A stretch of DNA of 63,039 nucleotides, filler included, from Octopus bimaculoides (GCF_001194135.2; 8 parts of 8 records of this genome joined end to end with filler, not necessarily neighbours in it), one strand, 5' to 3'. Positions 35,880 to 51,982 are shown, counted from the first letter of the whole stretch. Numbers and translations: made by a program. The notes: a model not told the origin generated them from the letters alone.

Positions 35880-37201
35880 TACACATACATATATACCGCC
35901 AACATTGGCCAAACGATCTGAATATTAGTTTCAAGGTTCATCCAAGACTGTGACCACGGGCCATACGTCCCCTGCCCAATTCAGTATCATAACATATAGG
36001 TACACTGCGACACAATTTCTTTTTCTCAGCAGGCCCTACCCTGTTTAACATTGTCACAACAGACAGACAGAAAGACATACAGATAGATAGATAGATAGAC
36101 AAACTGTGGATGAATAAATATAAGCAGGTACACACAAACATATATATATATATCTATATATATTTTCATCAATATANNNNNNNNNNNNNNNNNNNNTATA
36201 TATATATATATATGTATGTATGTATGTATATATATATACACATATATAAACATATAGGTATATACATGTGTGTGTAAAAATGTTACCAAATTGTTATATA
36301 CCAAATTGTTATATATATATACACATAGGCACATATATGCATATGTACATGTACGTATATGCATGTATGTGTATCGCAATTTTAAATTTCCAAAATTATT
36401 CTCTGAAAAGCAGCCTATTATTTATCGTTTAGAAAGTGACAAATATATCCGGAAGCCACCGTCTGATCAAAAGTAAATTCAGGATAAATAAATAAATAAA
36501 TAAATAAATAAAAAGAAATATATAATGTAAAATCAAATGAAAATACAAAATAAAAGCCATTATAATGGCTTGCAATTCTAAGTTAGCGATTCAGTCATAA
36601 AAGGCAGAAACCATGCAGTTTCCTTACAATTCACTGAAAGTAGTTGAAATAAACGCAGTTCTCTGTTCTCGTTGTCATAACTCTTGCGACCCCGAAGGCT
36701 ACTTAACCACTGACTAAATATTATTTTTGATGTCACACGACAAATTCAAGTCACATGAATAAAACTGACAACAATAGGACACGTACCTCCAATGGAGTCT
36801 ACGAAAGACGCAGACAATGTTCATTATTGCATTGTAACTAATAGCTATGTATATGATGTATGAAAGCAAAAGGGTGTGTTTAGATGGGTTGCACAATAAT
36901 AGAACTATTAGATAAGACTTGACTGATTCGCAGCAAGATATATCTTAGACGCCATTATAAATATTCATATGTGTGTGTGTCTGTGTACGTATGTATATAT
37001 ATATATATTATACAAACATGTAAAATTATGTGTACAAGTAAATAAGTGCACAAGGATCTTCATGTAGTAACTTCGACGGCGTAGCGTATCGTATAAACAC
37101 GCACGCACACACATATACAAATGCACACACATGCATTCACACGAACACGCAAACACACTCACAGATAGATAGATGGATAGATAGATAAAGAGAGAGAGGC
37201 G

Positions 37202-37268
<67 letters not shown>

Positions 37269-37423
37269 GAAATACGTGAGATAGGGGAAACAGAAGTATA
37301 ATGATAGAAAGATGAACCTACAGAGATACATCCATATGTTTGTGTGTGTAAATATAATATACATACATACATACATACACACATACATACATACGTACAT
37401 ACATACATACATACATGCATACA

Positions 37424-37457
<34 letters not shown>

Positions 37458-39452
37458 CAAGGCACATGTACCAAAACATGCGTCACTAAAGAATATTACA
37501 GCCGAAAAAGAGAAAATTTGGAATTCAGAACTCTGTTCAATAGAATAGTGGTCCACAATGTGTTTGCCTAACTGGACTCACATCTCTTTTTCTCATAAGG
37601 ATAAATATGAATCTGTTAGATTCTATTCTGCTATTTCCTTTCTCAAGTCTTTTTTTTTTTAATTTTGTTTATACTTCTTCTTGTACTGAAACGTACATTG
37701 GTAGATAATTAATTTAATTAATTTAACTAATTCAATTCAACCACGAATTTGCATGATTTTTTATATATCTTTACGAAATTATCGTCTGCATGAATTAAAA
37801 TTATCTTATATATTTTAACATATTCTCCATTATTAACAAAAATGTTGAGTTTTATGGGATTTCTTTCCATAAATTCAGAGCACATCATATACAAGTATTA
37901 TTTTCATATTCGCAAATTTACTCCTGTAAACTACCAGCAAAATATGAAGAATCGATATTAGAAATCTTTTTTGGAAACTTCCAAATTAAAGGACGAATTT
38001 AATTCAACCTTTTTACACCTATATGTATATATATATAATATAATATAGGATAAATTCTTTATAAGAATTTATCAAGTAGTCAGCGTGAAAAAACCTCATA
38101 ATGAAAAAATAACGAAAAATTTCGTAATGAAAAGATTCATCGTTTCTCCATAGATATATTTAAATATATATAAAAAGGGCATTAACTGTGTGAACCACAA
38201 ACAAAGGTGAAAGCGGGCAAATGAATAAAAGACCTAAGACCCCGTACGAATGACGATAATAATCGAAAATTGAAAAATTCAGACATACTCGTATCACCGT
38301 GATTTCGAACTTTGGGAAATATGCTTAGTTTTCCTCAGTTTGTCTTTCTGACCCTACGGTTATAGAGTTTGGTCATCTCAACCAATGTGTGCGATGACCG
38401 TTTTTAATGCCGCAGCAAATTTAAAAAGATGATCGAACTGAATAAAATTATTGAAATACATACGAGGTTGTTATTGTTTATAATAATATCAATGGTTTAA
38501 TGTGTTACCTTTATGGATTTTACGCTTGCTGAGCGACTGATGTTATTTTAAACAATAATGCCCTCTCATATATACAAGTGTATGTATATATGTGTATGTT
38601 CGCGTTTGTCTGTATGTATATGCAGGACACCGCCTGAATTAGAAAAACTGAATTACATATAATTTATAGCTTTTAGCTAGAGAAAGCAGTTTGTTGATCT
38701 TTCATCAGAAGGTATCTTGACTTTGATTTTCAAGTTCGCCTAACGTAATGTACATACAGAAGCTATAGATAGTAAACAAAATCTAACTTACCATCTAGCA
38801 TCTAGATTCTAGTCGATAGCCTAAATTATATTATTTGTTCCTTTGACGGCTCATTTTTAATTAAATATCATATACTTATGTAGAACATGAACAAAGTTCA
38901 ACCAAGGCCAGGAGAAGTCGATCCTGTAAACAAGGAGGTGTTACCAATTAATAGAGGAGTTTTATGAGTTATATATATTTTATGTCTACTTGTATTCATA
39001 TGAATACATACATACATATATGTGTGTTTGTGTGTGTTTCCATGTGTGTGTGTGAATGTATATGTGGTCATANNNNNNNNNNNNNNNNNNNNNNNNNNNN
39101 NNNNNNNNNNNNNNNNNNNNNNNNNNNNNNNNNNNNNNNNNNNNNNNNNNNNNNNNNNNNNNNNNNNNNNNNNNNNNNNNNNNNNNNNNNNNNNNNNNNN
39201 NNNNNNNNNNNNNNNNNNNNNNNNNNNNNNNNNNNNNNNNNNNNNNNNNNNNNNNNNNNNNNNNNNNNNNNNNNNNNNNNNNNNNNNNNNNNNNNNNNNN
39301 NNNNNNNNNNNNNNNNNNNNNNNNNNNNNNNNNNNNNNNNNNNNNNNNNNNNNNNNNNNNNNNNNNNNNNNNNNNNNNNNNNNNNNNNNNNNNNNNNNNN
39401 NNNNNNNNNNNNNNNNNNNNNNNNNNNNNNNNNNNNNNNNNNNNNNNNNNNN

Positions 39453-39483
<31 letters not shown>

Positions 39484-40544
39484 GCTTCTGTACACTCGGG
39501 CGTAAATAAACGACAAGTTACTTTCTAGTAACTCCAGCTGAAAACAATGTTTCTTTGTTTATATATTTTTATCTACGTCACACTCTTTGTCTCCTCATTT
39601 TTGTTATCATCCCGCTCACTCTATTTGAATTTACCTCTCTCTCTCTCTCTCTCTCTCTGTCCCTTGTATGTCTCTCTCGCCTCATAGATTTTATTAATCC
39701 TGAATGTCCTCCTTGTACTTTCGTTTTGTTTTCTCTCTGCTAGTCTCTTTTATCATTCACTTCTTAATCTTGATTCCGCAGAAGTTGTCAAGAATGAGAT
39801 GATACATTTATGCTTCATAGTTCAATTTATTGACGCATTCTACACTGTGTTCAAATGTTAATTCAATTAGTTTCTATCTTAGATTTATTTCCTTCATAAC
39901 TTCTACGCGCATATACAAAGCGTCCAAGAAATGTTAAAACAACTTAGGAGATTTATCCTTTGAGTAATGGAATTGTTCTCAGTAGCTTCGCTAAGATACT
40001 TTTACTTTGGTTTTTTTTTTTTTCGATGATATTTTCATGCTTTCCACGCTTCAATAAATAGACGGCGTCGAGTACTCTCCTGTGTAATTTCATTTTACTA
40101 TATCAAGTAGACTTTACTTAAAGTTCCTTTGCCGAGTTTCACGCCCTGTCTGATATTTGCAGGGTTTTTTGTTTCGTGTTGCTTAGTTCAAGATTAATTG
40201 TGATCGCTCAGACACAGACGAGATACATATGAACGAAAGCGCTCCAAGCATAACCACCCTGCCATGAATTTTTGTAGGAATGTGATTATCAGCGTTCCTC
40301 AGGGTTAGACTTGTAAGAAATTTGACACCTATGTTTTAATAGGAAAATAAAACGCTTGGAAGGTCCCACTTCTTGACCTATGCAACATTTGTGCTTCTCT
40401 CCTGACGTGGATGTGAGTTACCCACCAATGTCATATGCATGACACCATCAAAACATTCAGAGAAAATGTATGATCCATCATTTCGTTAGTTACTATTCAC
40501 ACATATCGAATTAGCAAAGTCATAAAAATGCCGAGATATATTCC

Positions 40545-40625
40545 TGCTGGCATTTGTTTCTACTCTCTGAGTTCAAATCCGCCGAAGTCAACTTTACGTC
40601 TTGCATTTCAAGGATTGATGAAAAT
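40545..40625 (+). mobile_element. Diverged SINE family B fragment
   Basis: CTGAGTTCAAATCCGCCGAAGTCAACTTT resembles the B-box region of the 24143 copy. Confidence 0.45.
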
Positions 40626-41989
40626 GTAACAATCCAGAGCGCTGGATAGACAGAACTATAAGTATTGTAAACGGAAGGGATGCGGTCCTTAATCCGGCTC
40701 TCTCAATCTTCTGAGTTCAAATTCTACCAAAGCCTACTTGATGGTAGACATAATGTGATGTCTCAAGCTACTGCTATCTAGCACCTTCGGATGGTCTCTA
40801 CTCAACCGCTACACAACTGCTATTCGACTGCTAGTCAACACTCCTACCACAGCCAGACTACCTCTATTTATATGTCTTGGGGGTACCTACGTCTTCGCCT
40901 GGGTCGTCGACACACCACATAATAACATCGCATGGTTTTTGACCATCACCTGGGCTCTTGTATGTCTTTAGTGGAATCAAACCACCGGCTTAGGTATGTC
41001 TTCTCTCCTTCATACTAAACTGGAAGCACTGTAACGGGTCATAGGAAATGCCTGTCATCCTCACAAGCAAAAATAAAAACTGTATAAACACCTAGCTTTT
41101 GCATTGCTTTCAGTAAAGCTTCTATTAATAAAGTATACTTTGGAGTTTCAAACTATGTGATATACTATAAATAACAGATGGAATATTAAAACCATTTTTT
41201 TGTAAATATGGCAACTGCTTTTATTTCACAATCGGAACAGTTCTACATCCTCTTGATGCAATTTTATTTATTGATTGATTGATTGATCTATGTATTTATT
41301 TATTGCCTGTTAACGGTATAATTCGAAGGGTAGTGATCTAAAGTCATCTTTTATCTGCGGTTATGCAATATTGTCAATCCATTTATGACAATTTTATATT
41401 TTCCTCCTCCAATCATAACACACGTCTTATATGATTTCCTAAACCATTATTTTAGAAATATCCACTCATTTGTCTTTTTATGTCAAAGTTAACGGAAAAT
41501 ATCCTGAAGAGATTTATGAATTTTGTCATTTCCTTATTTCTTCAACTGCTTTCTTAATTTGTTATACGGGCTCAAATTGGATTTATTCGAGCTATTCAAT
41601 GGGTTAACTATTCGTTACGATGATTCATATTTCTAGATGCGTAATCTTCTATTGCTGTTCATTTTAGCTTTTGTCTTCTTTGCATCACTACAGCCATTCC
41701 ACGTATCTCACGTAGCTTTTTGCTTCATGGTGAACGAGCCGCAGAATTTATCGTAAAATAGAAATCAGCTAAACGAGAAACGAAATATAATGGAAATATG
41801 TTCACACAGAATTACATAGCAACGCAATTTATTTCGGTTATTGGTAGCTGCAGTATTTCATAAGGCAAAATATATTCAAACACTGTCCACACTTACTGAG
41901 AAATATTTCAAAAGTTTATGCGTAGCATTGGGACAATATTATTTCCAATTCTGAATTGGATCATATATATATTCATCCACTCAGATAGG

Positions 41990-42043
<54 letters not shown>

Positions 42044-45000
42044 CATGCATGCATGCATACATACATACATACATACATACATACATACATACATACATAC
42101 ATGCATACATACATACATACTTACATGTACTTTGACCTTGTACATTTCATGAATCAAATATATAAGAGTGAGTGAATATTTTTGCAACATATTTTGGGGT
42201 AAATCTAACCAGGTATTGGTTCAGCCCCTTCTCTCTCTCTCCCTCTCTCTCTCCATCTCTCTCCCCCTCTCTCTCTCCGCCTCTCTCTCCCCCTCTCTCT
42301 CTCCTCTCCCCCTATCTCTTTCTTTCACCCCCTCTCTCTCCCTACTTCCCTCTATATCACCCCAGCTCTCTTTCTCTCTCTCCTTCAAGCTGTCACATCA
42401 TAAATGTCCTTTTTGGTCTACGATGTGAGAACCGATAGTGCGCCTTGTCTTCTCATGATTTCATGGGCAACTAAATCAATTAATGAAATCATGATACATA
42501 TTACCAGGACTCAATTAGCTGGAATATACAGAGAACTGTCACTAATTAGAAATTTTCCCAGATTCTGAAAAGATAAACCTAGGACAAGCAACTACAACAG
42601 GATTTATTTTGACCAAACTAGCAATAGCTAACGTAAAACGTATGATAATTTCGACAGAATTAAGCAGTTAGTAAAATCCTGTTCGATGATAGCAGGACTA
42701 AATAACTTGGCAAATATAGGGGAAAATATTACTTTAGACAGCCTCCAAGGCTGATACATATGCAAGAACATATGATAGGCTCGATAAATCAACAGAACAT
42801 AGTACGCTTCAAGCTAAAGATGATTACACACAAAAAAAATGTTTATTATTCTTTTGTAGATCGAGCTCCAAGATATCAGGGCAAAAGAAACGTACTGAAC
42901 TAAGAAAATGTGAATGTTAGTAATTTATCAAAGAACACATTAACAAAGAGAGTGAACAGATCGCAAAGTGTTGAAAATTATACACCTACTCATATAAAAT
43001 GAAAATAAATTATATCACCTCATTCTGCCGAAATTCCACGTAGTCGAACATTTATTTTAAACAGGTCATAATACTAATGATGAGTTACTTCCTAGAAATA
43101 TGCGCGGATTCTATCAAAGAAAGGAAAGATTATATCATTGCGAATATCTTTAATTTCCCTACTGGAATTATTGCAAATAGGAACGCAAACTGTTAGAGAT
43201 GGCAGTAGGTTTCCTCTGCTCGCAATATATATATATATATATATANNNNNNNNNNNNNNNNNNNNNNNNNNNNNNNNNNNNNNNNNNNNNNNNNNNNNNN
43301 NNNNNNNNNNNNNNNNNNNNNNNNNNNNNNNNNNNNNNNNNNNNNNNNNNNNNNNNNNNNNNNNNNNNNNNNNNNNNNNNNNNNNNNNNNNNNNNNNNNN
43401 NNNNNNNNNNNNNNNNNNNNNNNNNNNNNNNNNNNNNNNNNNNNNNNNNNNNNNNNNNNNNNNNNNNNNNNNNNNNNNNNNNNNNNNNNNNNNNNNNNNN
43501 NNNNNNNNNNNNNNNNNNNNNNNNNNNNNNNNNNNNNNNNNNNNNNNNNNNNNNNNNNNNNNNNNNNNNNNNNNNNNNNNNNNNNNNNNNNNNNNNNNNN
43601 NNNNNNNNNNNNNNNNNNNNNNNNNNNNNNNNNNNNNNNNNNNNNNNNNNNNNNNNNNNNNNNNNNNNNNNNNNNNNNNNNNNNNNNNNNNNNNNNNNNN
43701 NNNNNNNNNNNNNNNNNNNNNNNNNNNNNNNNNNNNNNNNNNNNNNNNNNNNNNNNNNNNNNNNNNNNNNNNNNNNNNNNNNNNNNNNNNNNNNNNNNNN
43801 NNNNNNNNNNNNNNNNNNNNNNNNNNNNNNNNNNNNNNNNNNNNNNNNNNNNNNNNNNNNNNNNNNNNNNNNNNNNNNNNNNNNNNNNNNNNNNNNNNNN
43901 NNNNNNNNNNNNNNNNNNNNNNNNNNNNNNNNNNNNNNNNNNNNNNNNNNNNNNNNNNNNNNNNNNNNNNNNNNNNNNNNNNNNNNNNNNNNNNNNNNNN
44001 NNNNNNNNNNNNNNNNNNNNNNNNNNNNNNNNNNNNNNNNNNNNNNNNNNNNNNNNNNNNNNNNNNNNNNNNNNNNNNNNNNNNNNNNNNNNNNNNNNNN
44101 NNNNNNNNNNNNNNNNNNNNNNNATATATATATATATATATATACGTGTTACTTTCAGTTGGTGTCCGTCTAACTTTCATCCTAGTGTTTAGGCCAGAAG
44201 TATTTATAAAATAAGTACCAGACTTTAAAAGAAGCAAGGCGTCAATTTATAAATTGGTCAATAAGCGACAATTTTTAAGAAATGTATTAGTTTAACGCTA
44301 GGCTGTTTGAAATCATTTCACAATAGTGCATTGTTATTGTATATTAGCATTTAATATACGCTGAGGTACATCCTTCTAACATCTTGGTACCAAACTGTTA
44401 ATATCAAATTGCATCCTTTGAACTCCTCATAACAACTGATTCGCTGCTGTAACGCTAAGAGAAAATTACTTAGAGCTACATTGATGTAAACACTCCCGTT
44501 CATTTTCATCACGTTAACTATACTACTTCTTTGACTTCCTTTGGCAGCAGTTAAGAAATGACTAACTCACAACAACAATTATACAACGGAAAGATAGCAT
44601 ACTATATACTTAATACATTCTTCGGTAAAACAAAATCATTTCTTTATATAGTTTCTTATAAATGTTTTATATTTTTAAATATTGATTTTATGATGTCAGA
44701 GGAAAATATTTGTTTTACTGTGTTGATAGTATATCACTAGCAATTATGTCATTTTACACAATGATTACTAATCCAAGTGTAATGTTGCAATTGCATAAGA
44801 ATTGTATTTCCAAACTGTATATTTATTACATTTATATCCCATTGTTAACTGAATATTGCTTGTATCATTTCACAACGTTATAGCTTTATGAAATGATGGA
44901 AACATTTATGATAAATTGGCCACTACAACAGGACTGTTCCATCCGACATATGCAATGCTTTTAACAATCAATAAATTATAGATGGATATGACATATTATT

Positions 45001-46228
45001 ATTGCGAAAGCCATGTATGTGCTTAAGTGTATACATTCTATATTTGGTTACTCTAACTTTGGAGGCTTCAATGCAATGTCGATAAAACTTATGACACATT
45101 CTCATGTCAGAAATTACAAGCTTCAATTTAAAGCTGTACGCTTACAAGGATATGCTCTCAAACTCAGAAATTTCAAGTTAGTTTCTTATTCAATATCTCG
45201 TGATTGTACTTCATAATATTTTAAAAGCTAGACTTTATATTCACTGGGTAATGAATTTAGTGAAAACAAAATAGAATAATAAATGGACTACAGAAACGTT
45301 CACTAACAATTCATACATATTCTGTTCATTTGGGTGCCTTGAATACATAGTAGGTTCTAAAACAATCGCCTTCAAATGTGTCCTTTAGTGGTGTCACACA
45401 GAGAATCATTTGATGTGTATACAATGACCCTTTAAGAGAATCAACCAGCTAGAACGGCTGATACCTGTTCCCACAGGGAAGACTACCAGGCAGAACGACA
45501 AACTTGACCACCAGAAAAACAAGACGTCACCAGTAATTTAACGAATCAAAAATCTGATCCATTCGCGGAAAAAATATTATAAATACACCGGATTCCAAAA
45601 GATACCGTTACAAGCGAGAATTCCTGCCCGCGACGGAAAAAGATTTACAGAAACTTTAAACCAAATCCCTTTTTTTACTATCTTCATTTATCTCTTGTTT
45701 TTTCTCCCTCTTATGACAAACTTTGATGATATTTATTTCTTGTCAGCCACTACTAGCACTATTGAATTTTGTTCATTTAAACAAGTTGATCAACAGTCTT
45801 TTTTATATTATTGACTGTTATGAACATTTAAACTTGTCAACATTGAAACATTTACACATGTTTTTCTAATTCATGATTCTAAATTTGTCTGTTATGAACA
45901 TTTAAACTTGTCAACAATGAAAATTTTAAGCATGTGTTTCTAATATATAATTCAAAATTTTAGTACTGATAAACAAAAAAATATTGATGAAACTAGTATA
46001 TACGCAAATAAACTTATTTTAAAACAATTACAAGTTTTTCGAATTTAGAGGCATTTTCAACAACAAATTTCCCTACATATATATATGTGTGTGTCTGTGT
46101 GTGTGTGTGTGTCTGTGTTTGTGTATGTGTGTGTGTACCTATATATATATATACGTATATATATTTAAATATATATATAGATATATAGATATATATATTT
46201 GTATGCATATGTATAAACATATAGCGTG

Positions 46229-46260
<32 letters not shown>

Positions 46261-46501
46261 CGTATGTATGGTCATACTAAATGTTGCAGTTTTGAGTTGG
46301 CTTCTATCATCTGCATATGTGCGCACACGCCTATATACATACGCACATAACTATGTATATATAGAGGAGAGTGGGACAGACAGAAAGACGGACGGACTGA
46401 TAGATAGATAGATAATAGAGCTACATAAACAGACAGACAGACAGAAAGACAGACAGGCAGACAGGCAGACATACAGACAGACGGACAGATATATAGATAG
46501 G

Positions 46502-46541
<40 letters not shown>

Positions 46542-48304
46542 TGTAATCGTAGAGTAGCTCATTAAGTTTTGATTTATTCTAGAAAAACTGGAATGTAGCC
46601 CAAATAAGAATAATGTAGTTAGATTAGATCTAACGCAATTAAAAACCATTAAACCAACTTGCCTGCTGTGCGTATGAGTCTCACAGTCGAACATATAAAC
46701 GGTTGATCGAGTAACTATAGAGGAAATGGTAAAACAAATATGACACTAAATAAAATTTAATAAAAGGCAAATATTCGAATAGCATTTATTGTATCGTAAA
46801 GAATACAGGTATACATTTCATTGAGAAAACTACAGAACTAAAATTAAACTATAATGCACCATAGAATTAATTGCCATTTCGGAATTGTTTCAATATCAGA
46901 AATTCTTTTCATATTTATTTGACTACTATAAGACGGAAATTGACGATTATGAATTTTAGAATAATAGATAAACTATATTGTGCAACGGTCGTAGAGGTCA
47001 TAGCACTAAAGTCACAATGTCAATGTGTGTATCTATAGATACAAATATACATACCGACGTGTGTGATTGTGTGTATGTATGTATGTATGTATGTATATAT
47101 GTGTGTGTGTGCGTGTGTGTGTGATTGTGTGTGCGCGCCTGTAAGTTTATGTATGAATGTTCACAGTTACATATTTATATGATTAAGTAATCGTTTAATT
47201 TAGAAGATTAATTTTAGAATACGGGTACCCATACAATGTAATACTGTTCCATACAGAGATATTCCATTCTTATTTTGTAATGTTCGTTTGTTATAAATTC
47301 AGTAAATTTCCTAACGTAAGTTTGGCTCGCTCAAAACGGTACAATCATTAAAACAGAGCACTGCTAAAATATTATATGAGGATGCATAATTGTCCCCAGG
47401 TAACTAGGCCAACTGTTTTCACCCATACTTCTTAAATAGTTTAAATCATTGCCTCTCTGTTCTTTCACTAACATGTTTTCCAAGCTTTCTTGCAAGACGC
47501 CATTGCTTTGCATTTTTAGCGGGCATTCACGAAATATCAAACTATATGTTCCGAGAACAAATTAACGGATGTGAATTCGTACCACAACGTCATCCTGCTC
47601 TAAACCAATATTTGACCCATCGTAACTTGTCTCTGGTTATGTTATGTTAAAGATTTCAAATAAGAATAAAAGGACTTTGTACAACATTACCTACTATTAG
47701 AAATTTCAGTCTTTATGCGCAAGGAAAGAATTAATGATGTATATTCTTTGGATCATCTTCAGTAATCTTCGATTTATATTTCAAACTTATAATCGTGCAA
47801 TAGAAGTGATTATCTCCCCATACCTTAAAAATCCTGTTTGAAGTACTGAGGTTGTGAACACTAAACGTATTCAGACATAGTGTCGGTAATAATTGAGCTG
47901 ATATGAATACAAAGCGACACCTCTTCTAACGCATAAGGAAAATAAATGAGTATGGAATTGCAACTTCAAGCTATCATCAACGCTCGGAAACAACGTACCG
48001 AAAACGGCTTGTGGAATTTTCTCGTATTCCAAACCATATGAGGATCTTTTACGCAGTGTTCTTAATGTAGCTACTATTGTAGAACTCCCTGAAAACACGT
48101 GAAAGTAGTTATTGAGCAGAACTTTTAATCGTAGCTTTGTTCACACTCAGATGGTTATTCTTTGAGCTTTGTATATACTCGAACAGCAACCAGTTGAACT
48201 TTATCGTTATATATCGATTCATAGTTGTATTTTCTATAAATGCATCCAAGCACGTTTTGCATTTCTTCGCTAATGTCCAAGTTTACAAATGTCCTTTTAC
48301 ATAC

Positions 48305-48492
48305 GCATGCGTGTCTGTGTGGTGAGAAGCTTGCTTCCCAATCACATGATTCTGGATTCAGTTTCACTACGTGGCACTATGAGCAAGTGTCTTACACTAT
48401 AGCTTCGGGCCGACTAAAGTCTTAGCAATGGATTCGGTAGATGGAAACAGAAAAAAGCCTATCATGTGTATGTGTGTGTATGTGTGTTTGTG

Positions 48493-48525
<33 letters not shown>

Positions 48526-48735
48526 GAGTCTGTGTTTGTCCCACCCCACCATTTGACAGCATATGTTGGTTTATTTACGCCCCCGTCATTTAGTGGTGCA
48601 GTAAAAGAAACTGATAGAATAAGTACCATGCTTTAGAAAACAAGGAGTGATGTCGATATGTTCGATCAAAAAACTCTTCAATGCGGTGCTCCAGCATGGC
48701 TACAGTCAAATGACTGAAAAAACTAAAAGATAAGA
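48305..48735 (+). mobile_element. SINE family A, diverged copy
   Basis: Head TGTGTGGTGAGAAGCTTGCTTCCC, GAGCAAGTGTCTT, internal (TG)n/(TCTG)n, and tail GGTGCTCCAGCATGGCTACAGTCAAATGACTGAAA. Confidence 0.82.
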
Positions 48736-49365
48736 TATACATGAGTAATTTTAAAATTAATAAGTGACATTCAAAGCTAGAATCGATATCGATTCTTCAC
48801 ACACAAATCAGATCCGAATCTAACACTACAAGCGCAGGGCTCACCTTTATTGTATGTACGGATATACCAACAAATTTGGAGGCTGTATTGTAAATTATAT
48901 CTATGTTTATAACTTACGTCCACAGGTAGTATATATTTGTTCTCCTTCATTTATTCTTATTTAGAACTCTATCATTATCATTGTTGTAGTTATTGTTGTC
49001 GTTTTCGCTGATACAGTTGTCGCAGTCGTTGGTATTGTTACATTTATGCTGGAAGAGCAGATTATCTTATATTAGATTTTGTATTAAACTAATATTTAAG
49101 CAGAATACAAACACCAAGGTAACTGTACAGATGTATCTGTCGTCTGCCACTTTGCCGCCTACTTTATATCCACAGTATCAATGTAGAAATTTACAATCTC
49201 CCATTACAAGGGGCTGTATTGACCGCTTTCAATAGTGCTCTCCTTGATGGTTGAGTTCATTTTCAAATCAGAGATATTAACTTGTATGCGTAGGTACATA
49301 TATATGCATGTGTATGCAATTATGTGCATATGTGTATAGTGGTGTATATTGGTGTGTTTGTGAAC

Positions 49366-49421
<56 letters not shown>

Positions 49422-49599
49422 ACTCAAATAACCGATTTGTAGCAAATGCCAATTTATCCAACCAAGCCAACAACAGTAAATTATCGAATACTATAGTGTA
49501 TTCAATGGCAACACGCATACTATTGTAGGAACATGTGGCTACTCTAAACATATTTACTCTAAAGGAGTCAATGTGATTCATTAAGCCTCAGTGTTTAAT

Positions 49600-49830
49600 T
49601 CCACTCTGTTGTCCGTCAGGTGAACCTGTGTTAGCTTCACGAGACACACCAACCTGATTCAGGAATTACTGATTCAATTGTTTCTTTACTCTCATCCTTT
49701 TTGCTATTACCACCAGCCTAGGTTTCTAACTAAAAATTATATCCAATCCTGTCCTCTGAAACGTTATCCCTCTGGAATTCTCTTGCTGCCCATGCGTTTC
49801 CCACAGATTGACGAACATAACAGCCATTAA
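49600..49830 (+). mobile_element. Possible CR1/Jockey-group LINE extreme 3' fragment
   Basis: Translation ..TLSLWNSLAAHAFP resembles the terminal LWNSLP motif of CR1/L2 ORF2. Confidence 0.4.
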
Positions 49831-51185
49831 TGAAACCGATTTACGAGAGCCTGTTATCACCATGAGCTCTGATCCTTCTTCTGAACCCACCAAGTTCATA
49901 ATTATATACGTATACACATATATTTGTTACATCTTTTGTATTGTGTCATGAAATGTGATGTGAATGTCCCTATGTTTGATCTGAATGGCCTCACTATTAA
50001 TCTTTTAACAAATTTCAGTATTTTCGAAGACATATTTCGGATCTGTCAGTCTCCAAACTTTTAGATTCTGTGTTGATATTTATATATTTTTTTAAAACAT
50101 TAAATGTCAAACACCTAGAATATCACGAGCATGTCGTTTATAACTTGCGAATCGAGATGAAATAATTAATTGATTGATCAAACGATTAATTAAACACGGT
50201 GGTATGAAACTCTCAGGAGAGCTGAACAGCAGAAGGTCTGAAGAAAAGAAATCACCTCAGGCAAGTATTTCGGTACTTAACTTCTTACACGGGCTACATT
50301 CGGGTCATGAGCGCTTGGTGTCTTCTGCTGACACGTTTTAGACGGTTGGACATGGGATATTTGTTGCGCATTCAAACGGTGTCGTGGTTTGACCTTTCAT
50401 TCCGCTCCCTCTTCTTTCAAATTTATCTTCCTTGAGTTTTGAAATAGTGTTGATAGTCATGGCAACGGTGAAATGTCAACACTGCCGTCAACAGTGTTAA
50501 CGCTACATCAACAGTGTCAACACTGCAGTCAATACTACCACCACGACTCGGTCAGAGTTACTTCCCTTCCCGTACGTTAAAATACATACATAATGCCCTC
50601 AAACGGTATGGAGGTCGATTTTGCTCCTCATCGACAACATCCAGCTAATGGTGATAAAAGAAGTGAAATGAAACCGGTGCATGGTTTTCTTATCGGTTTA
50701 ATGACCCACCGATGATACAACAACGTCTGTTTCAATACACCATTTTACACCAAAGACCTAGCAAACCAATGACTAAAAATCAAACATGCGGTTTATTTTC
50801 GATATTTTTGAGAAAAGAAGACAAAGAAAAACACAGCATGAACAGAAAATAATCAGTTTTATATCTCAAATTGCGTTGATTATCTATTGAAACTTGGTTT
50901 AATTATAACTAGGCTTATTATTCGAAATTCATGAATTCAAATATAACGAGAAAGAGAAGTGGCATATAAAAAGTGGTAGCGACAACGAATAGGTGTCTTA
51001 AGAGCTTTAGATGAATTACATCGGTGTTGAAGCAAAGGCAGTATTGTCATTTATTCTCTGTAATTATCTTCAGCATTTAAAGTGAATAACGTTATTCGAA
51101 AAGAACGAATAATTATACACATATACATACATACATACATATATTTATATATATATACATACATACATATATACATATACCTTTA

Positions 51186-51226
<41 letters not shown>

Positions 51227-51982
51227 GTATGTATATATTTTTTATATGTGTAATTACAAATATGTGTGTGCATATATACATATATATANNNNNNNNNNNN
51301 NNNNNNNNNNNNNNNNNNNNNNNNNNNNNNNNTTAATTAATTAANNNNNNNNNNNNNNNNNNNNNNNNNNNNNNNNNNNNNNNNNNNNAAATGTCAGAGT
51401 TATTACAACGTTCAATAGTGTACACTTGATCAATCTACAGCTACGTACTAAAAGTCAAAACAGAAATCAAAACAGTTCTGGCACTAATCATGTAACACAA
51501 AAACAGTTTTGTTTCCAGTACTTTACATTTTTGTTTATTTTGTACGATTCATGTATTTATTTTTGATTTTATGATGTTATTGCATATTTTACAGTTGCTT
51601 TCATATTTTCAGTAGAGTAGGGTGGAAAATTTTCTTTATAAATGCCTTTCTTTTAAACTAATACACTCTCAGCAATGGACTTGCATTTACATAGGGATTA
51701 TTATTATTAATACTATAGGTGTTCATGGCCTCATAGAAAGTGCTGTATTTTTCTATGTTTCGGATAGAGTACTCCATTTATTTTCAAGGTTAAATGGTAA
51801 TCTTTAAAGGCTTTATTTTTATGTTTATTTATTTCATCTTTATTACTATGCGTTGTTTTAGGAAATTACTTGGGCTTTCATCAGTTTTAGATACTGTAGT
51901 AAAACTGTTGCATTGCGTAAAAAATAGCAGAATGCTTTTGACAGTAACTAAAATCTTGATAATGAAAAGATCTTCAACTTAA

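Noticed and set aside
50218-50267. Possible 44-nt exon with a GC donor (CAG|GCAAGT) encoding ELNSRRSEEKKSPQ
   Set aside because: The acceptor is weak, there is no similarity to GNPAT, and nothing else supports it.
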